From assembly GCA_021808365.1 (NCBI GenBank), contig JAKBBU010000005.1, positions 1 to 59,509 on the forward strand: a DNA stretch of 59,509 nt, written 5' to 3'. Shown one piece after another: positions 47,670-58,032 of the stretch. The position numbers and the translations under genes were made by a program. Under the pieces are notes generated by a model, which made no database searches, was not told where the DNA came from, and saw only the letters and a program-made list of their open reading frames with translations. How positions within the stretch are numbered: the stretch's first letter is position 1; every line of letters begins with the position of its first letter. This stretch comes from Pseudomonadota bacterium. GTDB lineage: Bacteria > Pseudomonadota > Gammaproteobacteria > JAKBBU01.

Positions 47670-48479
47670 TTACCAAGCCGGCAGTGCCTGGCCTTGAAAA
47701 ATGGTATTCGCCGCATCCAAAACAGCCTGTGAGTGTAGGGTTGTCATCAATTTTTGGAAACGTGGATCATCTTTATCGGCAATTCTTACCACAACAAAAT
47801 TAGCATAGGGCGAATTAGTCGGGCTTTCACGGTAAAGAGCATCACGACTGGGTAGAAGCCCCGCGGGCACGGCGTAGTTAGTGTTGATAGCTGCTAAATC
47901 AACATCCTGCAAAACACGAGGAAGCTGTGCTGCATCGAGGGTGGTAATCTTAAGTCCAAGAGGATTTTCAGCAATATCGAGCAGTGTAGTTTGTGCACCT
48001 GAGCCCGGTTTCAATGAAATTAATTTTGCCGATTGCAATAAGAGTAGGGCGCGAGCTTGATTGCTGGGATCATCCGGAATTGCAATTTTTGCACCTTTTG
48101 GAATTTGAGAGAGGGATTTATATCGTTGCGAATAAATGCCCATGGGGTAAATAAATGTTTTTCCAATGGGAACAATTTGGTAATGCTTCGCTTTAATCGC
48201 AGCATCAAGATAGGGCAAGGTTTGAAACATATTCGCATTGAGGCTGCCATCGTTTAATGCTTCATTAGGCATATTGTAATCAGAGAATGTGACAATCTTT
48301 ATTTTAAGTCCCTGCGTTTTTGCCTGTTCTTGCGCAACTTGCATCAATTGAGTTTCAGGACCTGCAATGGTGCCGATAATGACTTCATTAGCAGGTATTT
48401 TGGACCGTTCACAGCCTGTAGAGAGCAAGACAAAACTTGCAAGAGCAACAAATAAGATTTTTTTAAATTTCACGAACAT
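47670..48479 (-). CDS. metQ: Methionine ABC transporter lipoprotein
   Basis: Lipobox STGC, FSDYNMPN, IPDDPSNQARAL, INTNYA. Confidence 0.93.
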   Translation of the reverse strand: MFVKFKKILFVALASFVLLSTGCERSKIPANEVIIGTIAGPETQLMQVAQEQAKTQGLKIKIVTFSDYNMPNEALNDGSLNANMFQTLPYLDAAIKAKHYQIVPIGKTFIYPMGIYSQRYKSLSQIPKGAKIAIPDDPSNQARALLLLQSAKLISLKPGSGAQTTLLDIAENPLGLKITTLDAAQLPRVLQDVDLAAINTNYAVPAGLLPSRDALYRESPTNSPYANFVVVRIADKDDPRFQKLMTTLHSQAVLDAANTIFQGQALPAW

Positions 48480-48484
48480 TCTCC

Positions 48485-49138
48485 TCAATTATGCTTAAAT
48501 TTAGCCGACAAATGATCACCGCCCCATTGAAAAAGTTGTACTAATCCAACCAAGATTACGACAGTCAATAACATGATTTGTGCATTAAATTGCTCATAAC
48601 CATAGCTGATTGCCAAATAACCCAGGCCGCCTGCGCCCACCGCACCAGCCATGGCAGAATAACCCACAAGGGTAATCAATGTTAATGTGATGCCATTGAT
48701 CAAGGCAGGCAACGCTTCAGGGAGCAAAATGCGAACAATAATCTGCATTGGATTTGCCCCCATTGTTTTACCAGCTTCAATTAAACCACTTGAAATTTCA
48801 GATAGGGCATTTTCAGTGATTCTTGCAATAAAAGGAATAGCGCCCAGTGTTAAAGGAACAATTGCAGCGTTATTTCCAATCGAAGTTCCTACCAATAAGC
48901 GTGTTAAAGGAATGATAGCAACGACTAAAATAATAAAAGGGATCGACCGAATGATATTGACAATGCCACTGAGCGTGCGATAAAGCAATGAATGTTCGAT
49001 CAAGCCACCTTGTTTTGATGTAGATAATAAAATGCCAAGTGGTATTCCAAAAAAAGCGGATAATAATGCTGAAAATCCAACCATATAAAGGGTTTGTAAG
49101 GTTGCATTCAGTAAAATAAAAAATAAATTATTCGACAT
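48485..49138 (-). CDS. metI: Methionine ABC transporter permease
   Basis: RSIPFIIL, GTSIG, YSAMAGAVGAGGLG. Confidence 0.95.
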   Translation of the reverse strand: MSNNLFFILLNATLQTLYMVGFSALLSAFFGIPLGILLSTSKQGGLIEHSLLYRTLSGIVNIIRSIPFIILVVAIIPLTRLLVGTSIGNNAAIVPLTLGAIPFIARITENALSEISSGLIEAGKTMGANPMQIIVRILLPEALPALINGITLTLITLVGYSAMAGAVGAGGLGYLAISYGYEQFNAQIMLLTVVILVGLVQLFQWGGDHLSAKFKHN

Positions 49139-50162
49139 AACCAATGATCTCCACAGCAATATGTTGTTGTCTTAAAAAATCGAGTGTCTTTTCAACACCC
49201 TGAGGTGCTTCTTCGACCTTGATGACCATAAAGCCGAGAGCCTCTTCGCAAATATATTCCATGTTTGCTTGAAGAATATTGACGTGAATGCCTTGTTCGC
49301 GAACTAATTCTGAAATTAAGGGTTGCGTTGCTGTTTTTCCTGAAAAAATTAATCGCAAAACAGGATAAAATCCTTCATGGGGTACAGGGTGAAGTTGCTG
49401 TTTTAAACTGTTAGGGAGGGCTTGTTTTAAACAGCCACTGACCAATTCTTTGGCCTCAGGTGTTTGGGGATTTTTGAAAAAATCAAGAACATCAGATTGC
49501 TCAATAATTTTGCCTTGTTCAAGAAGAGCAACTCGCGTGCAAATGGATTTAATGACGTCCATTTCGTGCGTAATGAGAATGATCGTCAAGCCCAATCGTT
49601 GATTAATATCAGAGAGTAAATTTAAAATTGTTTGCGTTGTTTGAGGATCAAGTGCCGAAGTTGCTTCATCACATAATAAAACATCAGGATGATTTGCTAG
49701 CGCACGCGCGATGGCAACACGTTGTTTTTGTCCACCGCTTAAGGCAGCAGGGTATACTGTTTTTTTATCACCAAGCCCTGTGAGTTCCAATAACTCTTCA
49801 ACGCGTGTGCGAATGTGTTCAGCAGAATAACCCGCAAATTTCAGAGGCAGCGCAACATTGTCATAAACGGTTTGTGAGGACAAAAGATTAAAATGCTGGA
49901 AGATCATGCCCATTCGACGACGGGCTTGACGTAATTCTTTGTTGTTCAAGGCATTGAGCTCAAGGTCGCCTAGAACGACAGAGCCCTGTGTTGGTTTTTC
50001 AAGCAGATTGAGACAGCGGATCAGTGTGCTTTTACCTGCGCCGCTTTTACCGACAATGCCAAAAATGTCGCCGGGTTTAACATCAAAGTCGAGAGGCCAG
50101 AGGGCACGCAATTCGCCTGCGGGCGTCGCATAGATTTTTTCGAGGTGTTTGACTGTAATCAT
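49128..50162 (-). CDS. metN: Methionine ABC transporter ATPase
   Basis: GKSGAGKS, LSGGQKQRV, CDEATSALDP, C-terminal NIL domain. Confidence 0.95.
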   Translation of the reverse strand: MITVKHLEKIYATPAGELRALWPLDFDVKPGDIFGIVGKSGAGKSTLIRCLNLLEKPTQGSVVLGDLELNALNNKELRQARRRMGMIFQHFNLLSSQTVYDNVALPLKFAGYSAEHIRTRVEELLELTGLGDKKTVYPAALSGGQKQRVAIARALANHPDVLLCDEATSALDPQTTQTILNLLSDINQRLGLTIILITHEMDVIKSICTRVALLEQGKIIEQSDVLDFFKNPQTPEAKELVSGCLKQALPNSLKQQLHPVPHEGFYPVLRLIFSGKTATQPLISELVREQGIHVNILQANMEYICEEALGFMVIKVEEAPQGVEKTLDFLRQQHIAVEIIGYVE

Positions 50163-50213
50163 GTAGAGACCCTAAAAACGCAGAAGCAGATGTTAAAGGC
50201 GGTTTTTAGAGCC

Positions 50214-50268
50214 ACGCTTTAGCTGAATTTATAAAGCGCCCTGCAAGCTGCGGTTCAAATCGGCGCGA
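50214..50268 (-). ncRNA. SAM-II riboswitch
   Basis: Minus strand UCGCGCCGAUUUGAACCGCAGCUUGCAGGGCGCUUUAUAAAUUCAGCUAAAGCG fits the SAM-II pseudoknot pattern (GCGC..GAUUU...GCGC..AUAAAU..GCUAAA); upstream of metN. Confidence 0.85.
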
Positions 50269-50402
50269 AATCTAATTTATAATTGTATGTTATGCTGGGG
50301 TTAGGTGTCAAGGGGATTGTAGTGTCGGGATTGACAGACACAGATGTAAAATCCACCAATCAGTATTATCATGCAACAAACAAACGATCATAAGAAGGCC
50401 CT

Positions 50403-51116
50403 ATGACCAATTTATCCATACCCGCCCTACGTCAAACCTGTGCGAATTGCAGCCTTGCCAATCTGTGTTTGCCTGTTGGGCTGGATCAAGAAGATTTAAA
50501 ATTGCTCGATAATCTTGTTGCCAAGAGAAGAGTACTTAACAAGGGGGAGCATGTCTTCGATGTGGGGCATCCATTTGATCGCTTGTTTACAGTTCGTTCA
50601 GGGGCATTTAAAACGACGGTACTTAATGCAGATGGTAAGCAGGATATTGTTGGGTTTTATTTGCCCGGGGAATTATTTGGGTTTGATGGCATTTCTGAGC
50701 GAAAACATCAAGTGACAGCCCAAGCCATTAAAACAAGTTCAATCTGTGAAATTCCATTTGAACCCCTCCTTCGGGCAACAGGAAGGATTCCTGATTTGCT
50801 ACGGCAATTGTTTTCACTCATTAGTGAGCAGACCTTACCCGAGGCCGCAATTCGCTTGAATCACACGGCACAACAGCGGTTAGCTGCTTTTTTGCTCAGC
50901 TTGTCGAAACGCTTTAAACAATGTGGTTACTCAGAAACTGAGTTTAATTTGCCCATGTCACGGGAAGAGATTGCCAATTATCTCGGGCTTGCGCCAGAAA
51001 CCATTAGCCGATTACTGACACACCTATATGCGGAAGGAATACTCAGCATTAATCGTCGACATATCATCCTAAATGACTTAGAGCAACTACAGACAATTCA
51101 CTGTTCTGGTCATTAA
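50403..51116 (+). CDS. fnr: FNR/Anr oxygen-sensing regulator
   Basis: CANCSLANLC plus central Cys (SICE); HTH YLGLAPETISR. Confidence 0.92.
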   Translation: MTNLSIPALRQTCANCSLANLCLPVGLDQEDLKLLDNLVAKRRVLNKGEHVFDVGHPFDRLFTVRSGAFKTTVLNADGKQDIVGFYLPGELFGFDGISERKHQVTAQAIKTSSICEIPFEPLLRATGRIPDLLRQLFSLISEQTLPEAAIRLNHTAQQRLAAFLLSLSKRFKQCGYSETEFNLPMSREEIANYLGLAPETISRLLTHLYAEGILSINRRHIILNDLEQLQTIHCSGH

Positions 51117-51127
51117 TAAGCGGCTTT

Positions 51128-51168
51128 CTGATCTAGATCAAGAAGAATTTTTAGTTTTTAGGTATATT
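51128..51168 (+). promoter_or_regulatory. FNR box and -10 element of cydA
   Basis: CTGAT-CTAG-ATCAA (consensus TTGAT-N4-ATCAA) with TATATT at class II spacing. Confidence 0.7.
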
Positions 51169-51197
51169 TGAACGAATAGACTACTTTTGGAGAACCC

Positions 51198-52751
51198 ATG
51201 CTTCCTTCAATTTTTTCCGTAGATATGGCGCGTTGGCAATTTGCCATTTCAGCATCCTATCATTTTCTCTTTGTTCCACTGACCTTGGGTCTCACATGGA
51301 TGATTTTCACCATGGAATCCGCCTATGTGATGACAGGCAAGAGCGTCTACAAGGATATGACAAAGTTTTGGGGAAAATTATTAGGGATTAATTTTGCGCT
51401 CGGTGTGTTAACTGGCCTGACCATGGAATTTCAATTTGGTACAAATTGGGCATATTATTCTCAATTTGTGGGCGATATTTTCGGGACCCCACTGGCCATT
51501 GAGGGGCTTGTGGCCTTCATGTTGGAATCAACCTTTTTTGGATTATTTTTCTTCGGCTGGGATAAATTAACAAAAAAACAACACCTGTTTGCTACATTTT
51601 GTTTGGCCATTGGTTCCAGTTTATCGGCATTATTGATTTTAGTTGCCAATGGGTTCATGCAAAATCCCGTGGGTGCGCATTTTGATGTGGAAACCATGCG
51701 CATGCAGACCAGCAGTTTGTTGGATCTGTTCATGAATACGTTTGCACAGATTGGTTTTGTCCATACGATTGCAGCAGGGTACACCACAGGGTCAGTGTTT
51801 GTTCTTGGGATCAGTAGTTATTATTTACTCAAGGGCAGAGATGTTGAATTTGCAAAACGTTCTTTTGCAATTGCCTCGGGTTTTGGTTTGGTCGCCGTTT
51901 TGCTGGTTGTTTTTATGGGGGATCAAAGTGGTTTGATGGTGTATAAACACCAACCCTTGAAATTGGCGATTCTTGAAGGTGAATGGGATACACAAAAAGC
52001 GCCTGCTAATTTTAATTTGATTGCGTTCCCCGACCAAGCAAAGCAAAAAAATGATTTTGCAATTCAAATTCCTGATGTTTTAGGGTTGATTGTTACGCAC
52101 AATTGGAATCAGCAAATCACGGGCATCAAAGATCTCGTGAAAGATAATGAAGCGCGAATTACACAAGGGAAGATCGCTTACACAGACTTACTCAAAGTGC
52201 GCAAAGGTGATACGTCGCCAGCAACGATGGCCGAATTTAATCGCTACAAAAATGATCTGGGTTTTGGTATGTTGTTGATGCAGTATACGCCGGATATTAG
52301 TAAAGCAACGTCTGCACAAGTCAATCAAGCAGCGAACGCAACCCTCCCTGATGTGGCGGGTATTTTTTGGTCATTTCGTATCATGGTTGGGTTGGGCTTT
52401 TTAATGGCTTTGATGTTTGTGATGGGCATTATAAAATCCTTCCGAAGTAAGTGGACACAACCTTGGTTTTACCGTTGGGCGCTGATCAGCGTTCCTTTTC
52501 CAATCATCGCGAGTATTTGTGGTTGGTTTGTCACCGAGCATGGACGACAACCATGGACCGTTTATAATATGTTACCCACACCGATCAGCTCATCCAGCAT
52601 TGCTGGAGGTGATGTGGTTGCCAGTCTCATTCTCTTCACGACATTTTATACGGCATTATTCATCGTTGAAATGTATTTGATGTTTAAATTCGCGAAAATA
52701 GGGCCGAGTGCATTACACCTAGGCCGTTATCATTTTGAGATGGAGAAATAG
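51198..52751 (+). CDS. cydA: Cytochrome bd oxidase subunit I
   Basis: HFLFVPLTLG, EFQFGTNW, long Q-loop, EHGRQPW. Confidence 0.97.
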   Translation: MLPSIFSVDMARWQFAISASYHFLFVPLTLGLTWMIFTMESAYVMTGKSVYKDMTKFWGKLLGINFALGVLTGLTMEFQFGTNWAYYSQFVGDIFGTPLAIEGLVAFMLESTFFGLFFFGWDKLTKKQHLFATFCLAIGSSLSALLILVANGFMQNPVGAHFDVETMRMQTSSLLDLFMNTFAQIGFVHTIAAGYTTGSVFVLGISSYYLLKGRDVEFAKRSFAIASGFGLVAVLLVVFMGDQSGLMVYKHQPLKLAILEGEWDTQKAPANFNLIAFPDQAKQKNDFAIQIPDVLGLIVTHNWNQQITGIKDLVKDNEARITQGKIAYTDLLKVRKGDTSPATMAEFNRYKNDLGFGMLLMQYTPDISKATSAQVNQAANATLPDVAGIFWSFRIMVGLGFLMALMFVMGIIKSFRSKWTQPWFYRWALISVPFPIIASICGWFVTEHGRQPWTVYNMLPTPISSSSIAGGDVVASLILFTTFYTALFIVEMYLMFKFAKIGPSALHLGRYHFEMEK

Positions 52752-53921
52752 ATGGATACCTATGCAATTTTACAATTACTGGGATGGGTCACCGTTGCGG
52801 CAGTCTTCTTTCTTTTTGCAGCGACCTGCGGGTTTGATTTTGGTGCGGGTATGCTAGCGCCGTTTATCGGTAAAAATGATACACAGCGACGCGTAGTGAT
52901 CAATACCGTTGGACCCACTTGGGACGGTAATCAAGTGTGGTTGATCACCGCCGGTGGAGCAATTTTTGCAATTTGGCCTCGTGTTTATGCGGCTTCTTTT
53001 TCTGGGCTTTATTTCGCCATTTTACTCGTGCTATGGTCTTTATTTCTGCGACCAGTTTCCTTTGAATATCGTTCAAAAATTCAAACTGAAAATTGGCGAA
53101 CGTTTTGGGATTGGGCGCTGTGTCTCGGTAGTTTCTTACCTGTTTTATTATTGGGTGTGGCTGTTGGTAATTTATTTCTCGGACTCCCTTTCCAATTTAG
53201 TCCCATCGACTTGCGTTTTTTCTATGGCCCTAGCATGGAAAGTGCTTCGGCATTTACCGATATCTTTGGGTTGTTGCGTCCCTTTGGACTCTATGTTGGT
53301 GTTTTCTGTGTGGTGATGATGTTGATGCAAGGAGCAGCTTATTTAGCATTTCGTACGCAAGGTGTGATCCATGACCGGAGTCGAAAAATCCTGATGGTCA
53401 CCAGTGTATTATTTATTATTCTGTTTGCACTAGCGGGTGTTTGGATCAAAAACATGATGGGTTATCATTACACCGCTTCATTAAACCCCATCTTGCATCC
53501 TTTAAACACAAATGTGACGACGAGCGTAGGTGGATGGCTTTCTAATTACACGACTTACCCTTGGATGATGTTGGCGCCGATTCTTGGTTTCTTGGGGGCT
53601 TTTTGCGCCTTTGTATTCGCGATCAGTCGCAAACACTTCGCAGCGTTTTGCGCGACAACATTAGCTATTTTTGGAACATTAGCAACTTGGGGACTGAGCA
53701 TGTATCCCTTCCTCATGCCTTCTTCGGTTAAGCCAATGCAGAGTTTGACCGTGTTTAATGCAACGAGTTCGCAGCTTTCATTGATCGGTATTTTGATCAC
53801 GGCCTTAGTGATGGTTCCTATTATTTTTATTTACACGGGTTTTGTTTATCGAAAAATTTGGGGGCGTGATCTTAAAATGTCTGAAGAAATTATTTCTGAT
53901 CAGAAAAATGTATTGTATTAA
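52752..53921 (+). CDS. cydB: Cytochrome bd oxidase subunit II
   Basis: GFDFG, PTWDGNQVWL, LRPVSFEYRSK. Confidence 0.97.
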   Translation: MDTYAILQLLGWVTVAAVFFLFAATCGFDFGAGMLAPFIGKNDTQRRVVINTVGPTWDGNQVWLITAGGAIFAIWPRVYAASFSGLYFAILLVLWSLFLRPVSFEYRSKIQTENWRTFWDWALCLGSFLPVLLLGVAVGNLFLGLPFQFSPIDLRFFYGPSMESASAFTDIFGLLRPFGLYVGVFCVVMMLMQGAAYLAFRTQGVIHDRSRKILMVTSVLFIILFALAGVWIKNMMGYHYTASLNPILHPLNTNVTTSVGGWLSNYTTYPWMMLAPILGFLGAFCAFVFAISRKHFAAFCATTLAIFGTLATWGLSMYPFLMPSSVKPMQSLTVFNATSSQLSLIGILITALVMVPIIFIYTGFVYRKIWGRDLKMSEEIISDQKNVLY

Positions 53922-53968
53922 CTTGGGGTGTCATTGCTCGCAATGGCAATACTTAATTAGAGGTTATT

Positions 53969-54058
53969 ATGTTTTATCTTGTCTGGCTCGTCAGCGCCTT
54001 TGTCGCTGTTGGAATTGGATTATTTGTCGTCACACGCCTTGATCGAAAAAGCGAGTAG
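53969..54058 (+). CDS. cydX: Small single-TM subunit, CydX-like (29 aa)
   Basis: MFYLVWLVSAFVAVGIGLFVVTRLDRKSE, RBS GAGG, directly after cydB; absent from the ORF track. Confidence 0.75.
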   Translation: MFYLVWLVSAFVAVGIGLFVVTRLDRKSE

Positions 54059-54063
54059 TTTGT

Positions 54064-55812
54064 TTGAATACTGTGCAAAAACCACTGCACTTTCTAAAAT
54101 CGCAGGTGCTGCCAGCAAAGCCCTGGATCAATCTAAAAATTTTCCTCAGCGTACTGAGTACCCTTGCACTCATCCTACAAGCGTACAGTCTTGCAAGCCT
54201 TGTTGATCATGTCTATATTCAACACCAATCATTCAACGTTGTTACGAATTTACTCTTGATCATTATTGTCTGCATTATAGTGCGATCAATCCTTGCATGC
54301 TTCAAAGAAAAATGCGGCTTCTATGCCGCCAATGCTGTAAAAATAATTCTACGCAAACGCTGCTTCAATCACCTCCTTGAACAAGGATCTGCCGTTCAAC
54401 AACACTATAAACCAGCGGAGCTCAGCGCTGTGCTGGTCGACCAGATTGAAGCCACAACAGAATTTTATGCGAATTACCTCCCGCAAATGATGATCGTGGG
54501 TTTAATACCCATCCTCATTTTGATCGCAATCTATCCCTTCAATTGGGTTGCTGGAACATTACTGTTTATGACTGCGCCCTTGATCCCACTTTTCATGGCT
54601 TTGATTGGGTGGGGCGCAAAATCAGCGCACGAAAAAAATTTTAAAGCCCTCACACGCTTGGGCAATCAATGTTTAGATTTATTAAAAGGCATGGAAACGC
54701 TCAAAATTTATAATCAAACGAGACAAAAAGCGCGTGAACTTGAACAATCAACCACCGATTTTCGAAAAAAAACAATGGAAGTGTTGCGTATCGCTTTTTT
54801 ATCATCAGCCATTTTGGAGTTTTTCAGTGCAATATCAATTGCGCTCTTGGCAACTTATTTAGGTTTGAGCTTTTTAGGGCATTTGAATATTGGTTATTAC
54901 CATCATCAACCCTCTCTCAAAGTCGCGCTGTTTATTTTATTACTAGCACCTGAATTTTATTTACCTCTAAGACAGCTTGGAAGTTTCTATCACGCCAAGC
55001 AACAGGCTGAGTCTGTGGGTGAAAATTTGATAAAGTTTTTATCATTAAAAAATAAAACAGAAATCAATATGAACTCAAAGGTTCAACCTTTATTTTCAAA
55101 GATTCAACTTGAGAATATTACTTTTTGTTACCCTGAAAATGAATATAACAGTTTAGACACACTTAATCTCACGATTCATCGTGGTGAACACATTGCCATT
55201 CTTGGCGAAAGTGGATCGGGGAAAACGACGTTGATTAATCTATTTCTCGGGTTTATACAACCGAATTCGGGAAAAATTTTAATTGATGATCAAAATTTTG
55301 AAAATATAGACCTTGATGTTTGGCGCGCACAATTATCGTGGCTTGGACAAGATCCACAATTATTCCCAGGAACGCTTGCAGAAAATCTTCGCTTGGCCGA
55401 CCCAAGGGCCAGTGACATACAATTATTAGAAGCCTGCCATTTAGTTCAGCTTGGCGATTTTATTTTAAGCCACCCTTTGGGGTTAGATCTTCTCTTGGGT
55501 GATCGTAATGGTGGATTATCAGGTGGTCAAGCTCAACGCCTTGCCTTGGCTCGAATGTTTTTAAAGCCCGCTCCAATTTTCATTCTTGATGAACCCAGTG
55601 CGAATTTAGATGAAGAGAATGCTGAACTACTTCATCAATCATTGCGTGCAATGATCGGCAATAAGACCGTAATTATGACCACGCATAAAAAAGAAACGCT
55701 TGATTTAGCAACTCGGGTTATTTTGATGAGTGAAGGTAAGATCATCGCTGATGGGCCTACGAATGAGATCATGAAGCATCCCCAGCTTAAGCATTGGCAG
55801 GAGCAATCATGA
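54064..55812 (+). CDS. cydD: CydDC ABC exporter subunit CydD
   Basis: TAPLIPLFMALIG, LRIAFLSS, APEFYLPLRQLG, ABC motifs. Confidence 0.95.
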   Translation: MNTVQKPLHFLKSQVLPAKPWINLKIFLSVLSTLALILQAYSLASLVDHVYIQHQSFNVVTNLLLIIIVCIIVRSILACFKEKCGFYAANAVKIILRKRCFNHLLEQGSAVQQHYKPAELSAVLVDQIEATTEFYANYLPQMMIVGLIPILILIAIYPFNWVAGTLLFMTAPLIPLFMALIGWGAKSAHEKNFKALTRLGNQCLDLLKGMETLKIYNQTRQKARELEQSTTDFRKKTMEVLRIAFLSSAILEFFSAISIALLATYLGLSFLGHLNIGYYHHQPSLKVALFILLLAPEFYLPLRQLGSFYHAKQQAESVGENLIKFLSLKNKTEINMNSKVQPLFSKIQLENITFCYPENEYNSLDTLNLTIHRGEHIAILGESGSGKTTLINLFLGFIQPNSGKILIDDQNFENIDLDVWRAQLSWLGQDPQLFPGTLAENLRLADPRASDIQLLEACHLVQLGDFILSHPLGLDLLLGDRNGGLSGGQAQRLALARMFLKPAPIFILDEPSANLDEENAELLHQSLRAMIGNKTVIMTTHKKETLDLATRVILMSEGKIIADGPTNEIMKHPQLKHWQEQS

Positions 55813-57476
55813 TCACGATATTCAAGCCCTATTTAAAGCAAATGTTCCAGCATCGCTTTTTGCTGATGCTTGGCTTTTTTCTTTTTGTGTTAGCAGGGTT
55901 ATCGGGACTTGCTTTATTAGGTTTGTCAGGTTGGTTTATTTCTGCAGCAGCCTTTGCAGGAATAAGCGCAGTGACGGCGGTACAATTTAATTATTTATTA
56001 CCCAGTGCTGCTGTTCGGTTGTTTTCTTATTTGCGCATTGTTTCACGTTATGGTGAGCGACTTATCAATCATGAAGTTGTTTTTCGGTTGATTGCTGATA
56101 TTCGATTAAGCTTGTTTCATCATTTGACACAATTGTCACCCCAACAATGGGTGTTTGTTAAAAATTCTGATCTTCTTAATCGATTTATGAATGATGTAGG
56201 GATATTGGATAATCTGTTTTTAAGGATTATCTCGCCTTGTTTGAGCGTTGTGGTACTTTTAGTTTTTTTATTTGTTTTTCTATCCTTTGTGAGTTTTTCA
56301 GTGGCGCTGGTCAGTTTTTTAGGTTTGTTGCTCTTGATGTTTTTATTAGCAATATTATTAAAACCTAATCAGCAAACAATAGACCAATATCAATATGCTC
56401 TTAATGAATTGCGCAGCTTGGCGACACAAACCATGGATGCTTTACGTGAAATTAGCTTATTTGGTGCAAAACAGGGGCAACTTAAATTATTTGAGCATCA
56501 ATTAAGTGAATTATCAAAGGTTCAAACACAACTTAATAAGAAAAACAATCAAGCCCAAAGTGTATTGATCCTAGGTATTGGATGCTTGATGGTCATCGCC
56601 TTGCTCATGATGATCAAGAGCGTTGGAGTAGGGCATTTGAATGGCGCAAATATTGCTCTTGTTGTGTTGATATTGCTTGCTTTTGGTGAAGAATTAAATG
56701 GGATGGTCAGTGCATTTTTATTAGTGGGCCAAACGAAGGAAGCTGCGGTTAATGTGAATGCCGTGATGGCGATTAAACCTTGGTTTGAGTGGCCAAAAGA
56801 AGCAAATTTCATACTTAAGCAAGGTGCTCCAAGACTCAGTATTAAAAATCTTTGTTTTTATTATCCCAATCAAAATGCACCTATTTTTGATCAATTGAAT
56901 ATAACTTTTTCAGGGCAGAGTGTGATCACAGGACCCTCAGGTGTTGGAAAGTCAACCTTGATTAGTCTTATTGCGCGTTTTATGAAGCCCCAATCGGGCG
57001 AAATTCTGATTAATGATCATGATCTGTTTTCACTCACGGATAAGCAATGGCAATCGGTATTTTGCATTGTTCCACAAAAAGCTTATTTATTTGATACAAC
57101 CTTGAGAGAAAATTTGCTTCTGGCAAATCCTAATGCGACAACAGAACAATGTTGGGAGGCTCTGGAGATTTGCCAAATGAAATCATTCGTAGCATCTTTA
57201 CCAAATGGCTTAGAGACTTATATTGGCCAAAACGGTGAACGTTTATCCGGTGGCCAGGCACGGCGTATTGGATTAGCGCGTGCCATTTTGAAAAATGCGC
57301 CCATCACGATTTTAGACGAACCCACAGAAGGCTTGGATCAGCCTACCGAAATTGCCTTGATAAAATCTTGTCAGGATTATTTTAAGGATAAAACTTTGTT
57401 GGTTGTGAGTCATCGTAAAGCGGTGACAGATTTGTTTCCGTCGAAGAATTTGCTAAAGAAGTATGATTTATGCTAA
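55809..57476 (+). CDS. cydC: CydDC ABC exporter subunit CydC
   Basis: LSGWFI, PSAAVR, RYGERL, LSGGQARR, LDEPTEGLD. Confidence 0.95.
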   Translation: MITIFKPYLKQMFQHRFLLMLGFFLFVLAGLSGLALLGLSGWFISAAAFAGISAVTAVQFNYLLPSAAVRLFSYLRIVSRYGERLINHEVVFRLIADIRLSLFHHLTQLSPQQWVFVKNSDLLNRFMNDVGILDNLFLRIISPCLSVVVLLVFLFVFLSFVSFSVALVSFLGLLLLMFLLAILLKPNQQTIDQYQYALNELRSLATQTMDALREISLFGAKQGQLKLFEHQLSELSKVQTQLNKKNNQAQSVLILGIGCLMVIALLMMIKSVGVGHLNGANIALVVLILLAFGEELNGMVSAFLLVGQTKEAAVNVNAVMAIKPWFEWPKEANFILKQGAPRLSIKNLCFYYPNQNAPIFDQLNITFSGQSVITGPSGVGKSTLISLIARFMKPQSGEILINDHDLFSLTDKQWQSVFCIVPQKAYLFDTTLRENLLLANPNATTEQCWEALEICQMKSFVASLPNGLETYIGQNGERLSGGQARRIGLARAILKNAPITILDEPTEGLDQPTEIALIKSCQDYFKDKTLLVVSHRKAVTDLFPSKNLLKKYDLC

Positions 57477-57485
57477 AATATTTTT

Positions 57486-57863
57486 ATGATTAAAACATTC
57501 ATATCTACGTCAGTTTTAGCTTTGGCAATTCTTGCCCCAGCGTTGGTGTTCTCATCAGCATCATGGGCAAACATTCCTAATTTAGCTGAGCCAAGCTCCC
57601 AGAATTTGCAACAAAGCTTGCAAAATGAGCAGCTCAATACGCTGAACATGCAAAATCAGTTGAACACCGTTCAGGCAGAAGCTCGAGCCTCTCGGGTGCC
57701 TGGTATGGTGGGATCGGTACAACAAAATCAACAGTTACTTAACACAATTCAATCACAAGCCCGTCAAAACCCGCTTTCTGCTTCGGGGCTCTCTATGGCT
57801 CAAATGCCGATCCAGCAGCAACAAATGGCATTGAATAACCCGGCTCTTACGCGGCGGTGGTAG
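57486..57863 (+). CDS. Secreted Q/N-rich hypothetical protein
   Basis: Signal peptide followed by low-complexity sequence. Confidence 0.6.
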   Translation: MIKTFISTSVLALAILAPALVFSSASWANIPNLAEPSSQNLQQSLQNEQLNTLNMQNQLNTVQAEARASRVPGMVGSVQQNQQLLNTIQSQARQNPLSASGLSMAQMPIQQQQMALNNPALTRRW

Positions 57864-57871
57864 AGTAGAGT

Positions 57872-58032
57872 CAGGGCTATTGGGTTAAAAGTTAATCATT
57901 TTTGGTCTCGTCATCCCGGATATTAAGTCGTTCTAAGCGTGAGTACACGCAAGAACGACTAAATTCCGGGATGACGAAGCCCAAAAATGTCATCTTTTCG
58001 AAAAATGATTAACTTTTAACCCGATAGCCCTG
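57872..58032. mobile_element. MITE with CAGGG ends (ISAs1-like) and a nested palindrome
   Basis: 32-bp TIRs with 1 mismatch; 10-bp direct repeat AGAGTAGAGT at 57862-57871 and 58033-58042. Confidence 0.85.

Noticed and set aside
53842-54206. Listed 66-aa and 75-aa ORFs between cydB and cydD
   Set aside because: They overlap real genes out of frame; the 29-aa CydX-like ORF has the RBS and the expected features.
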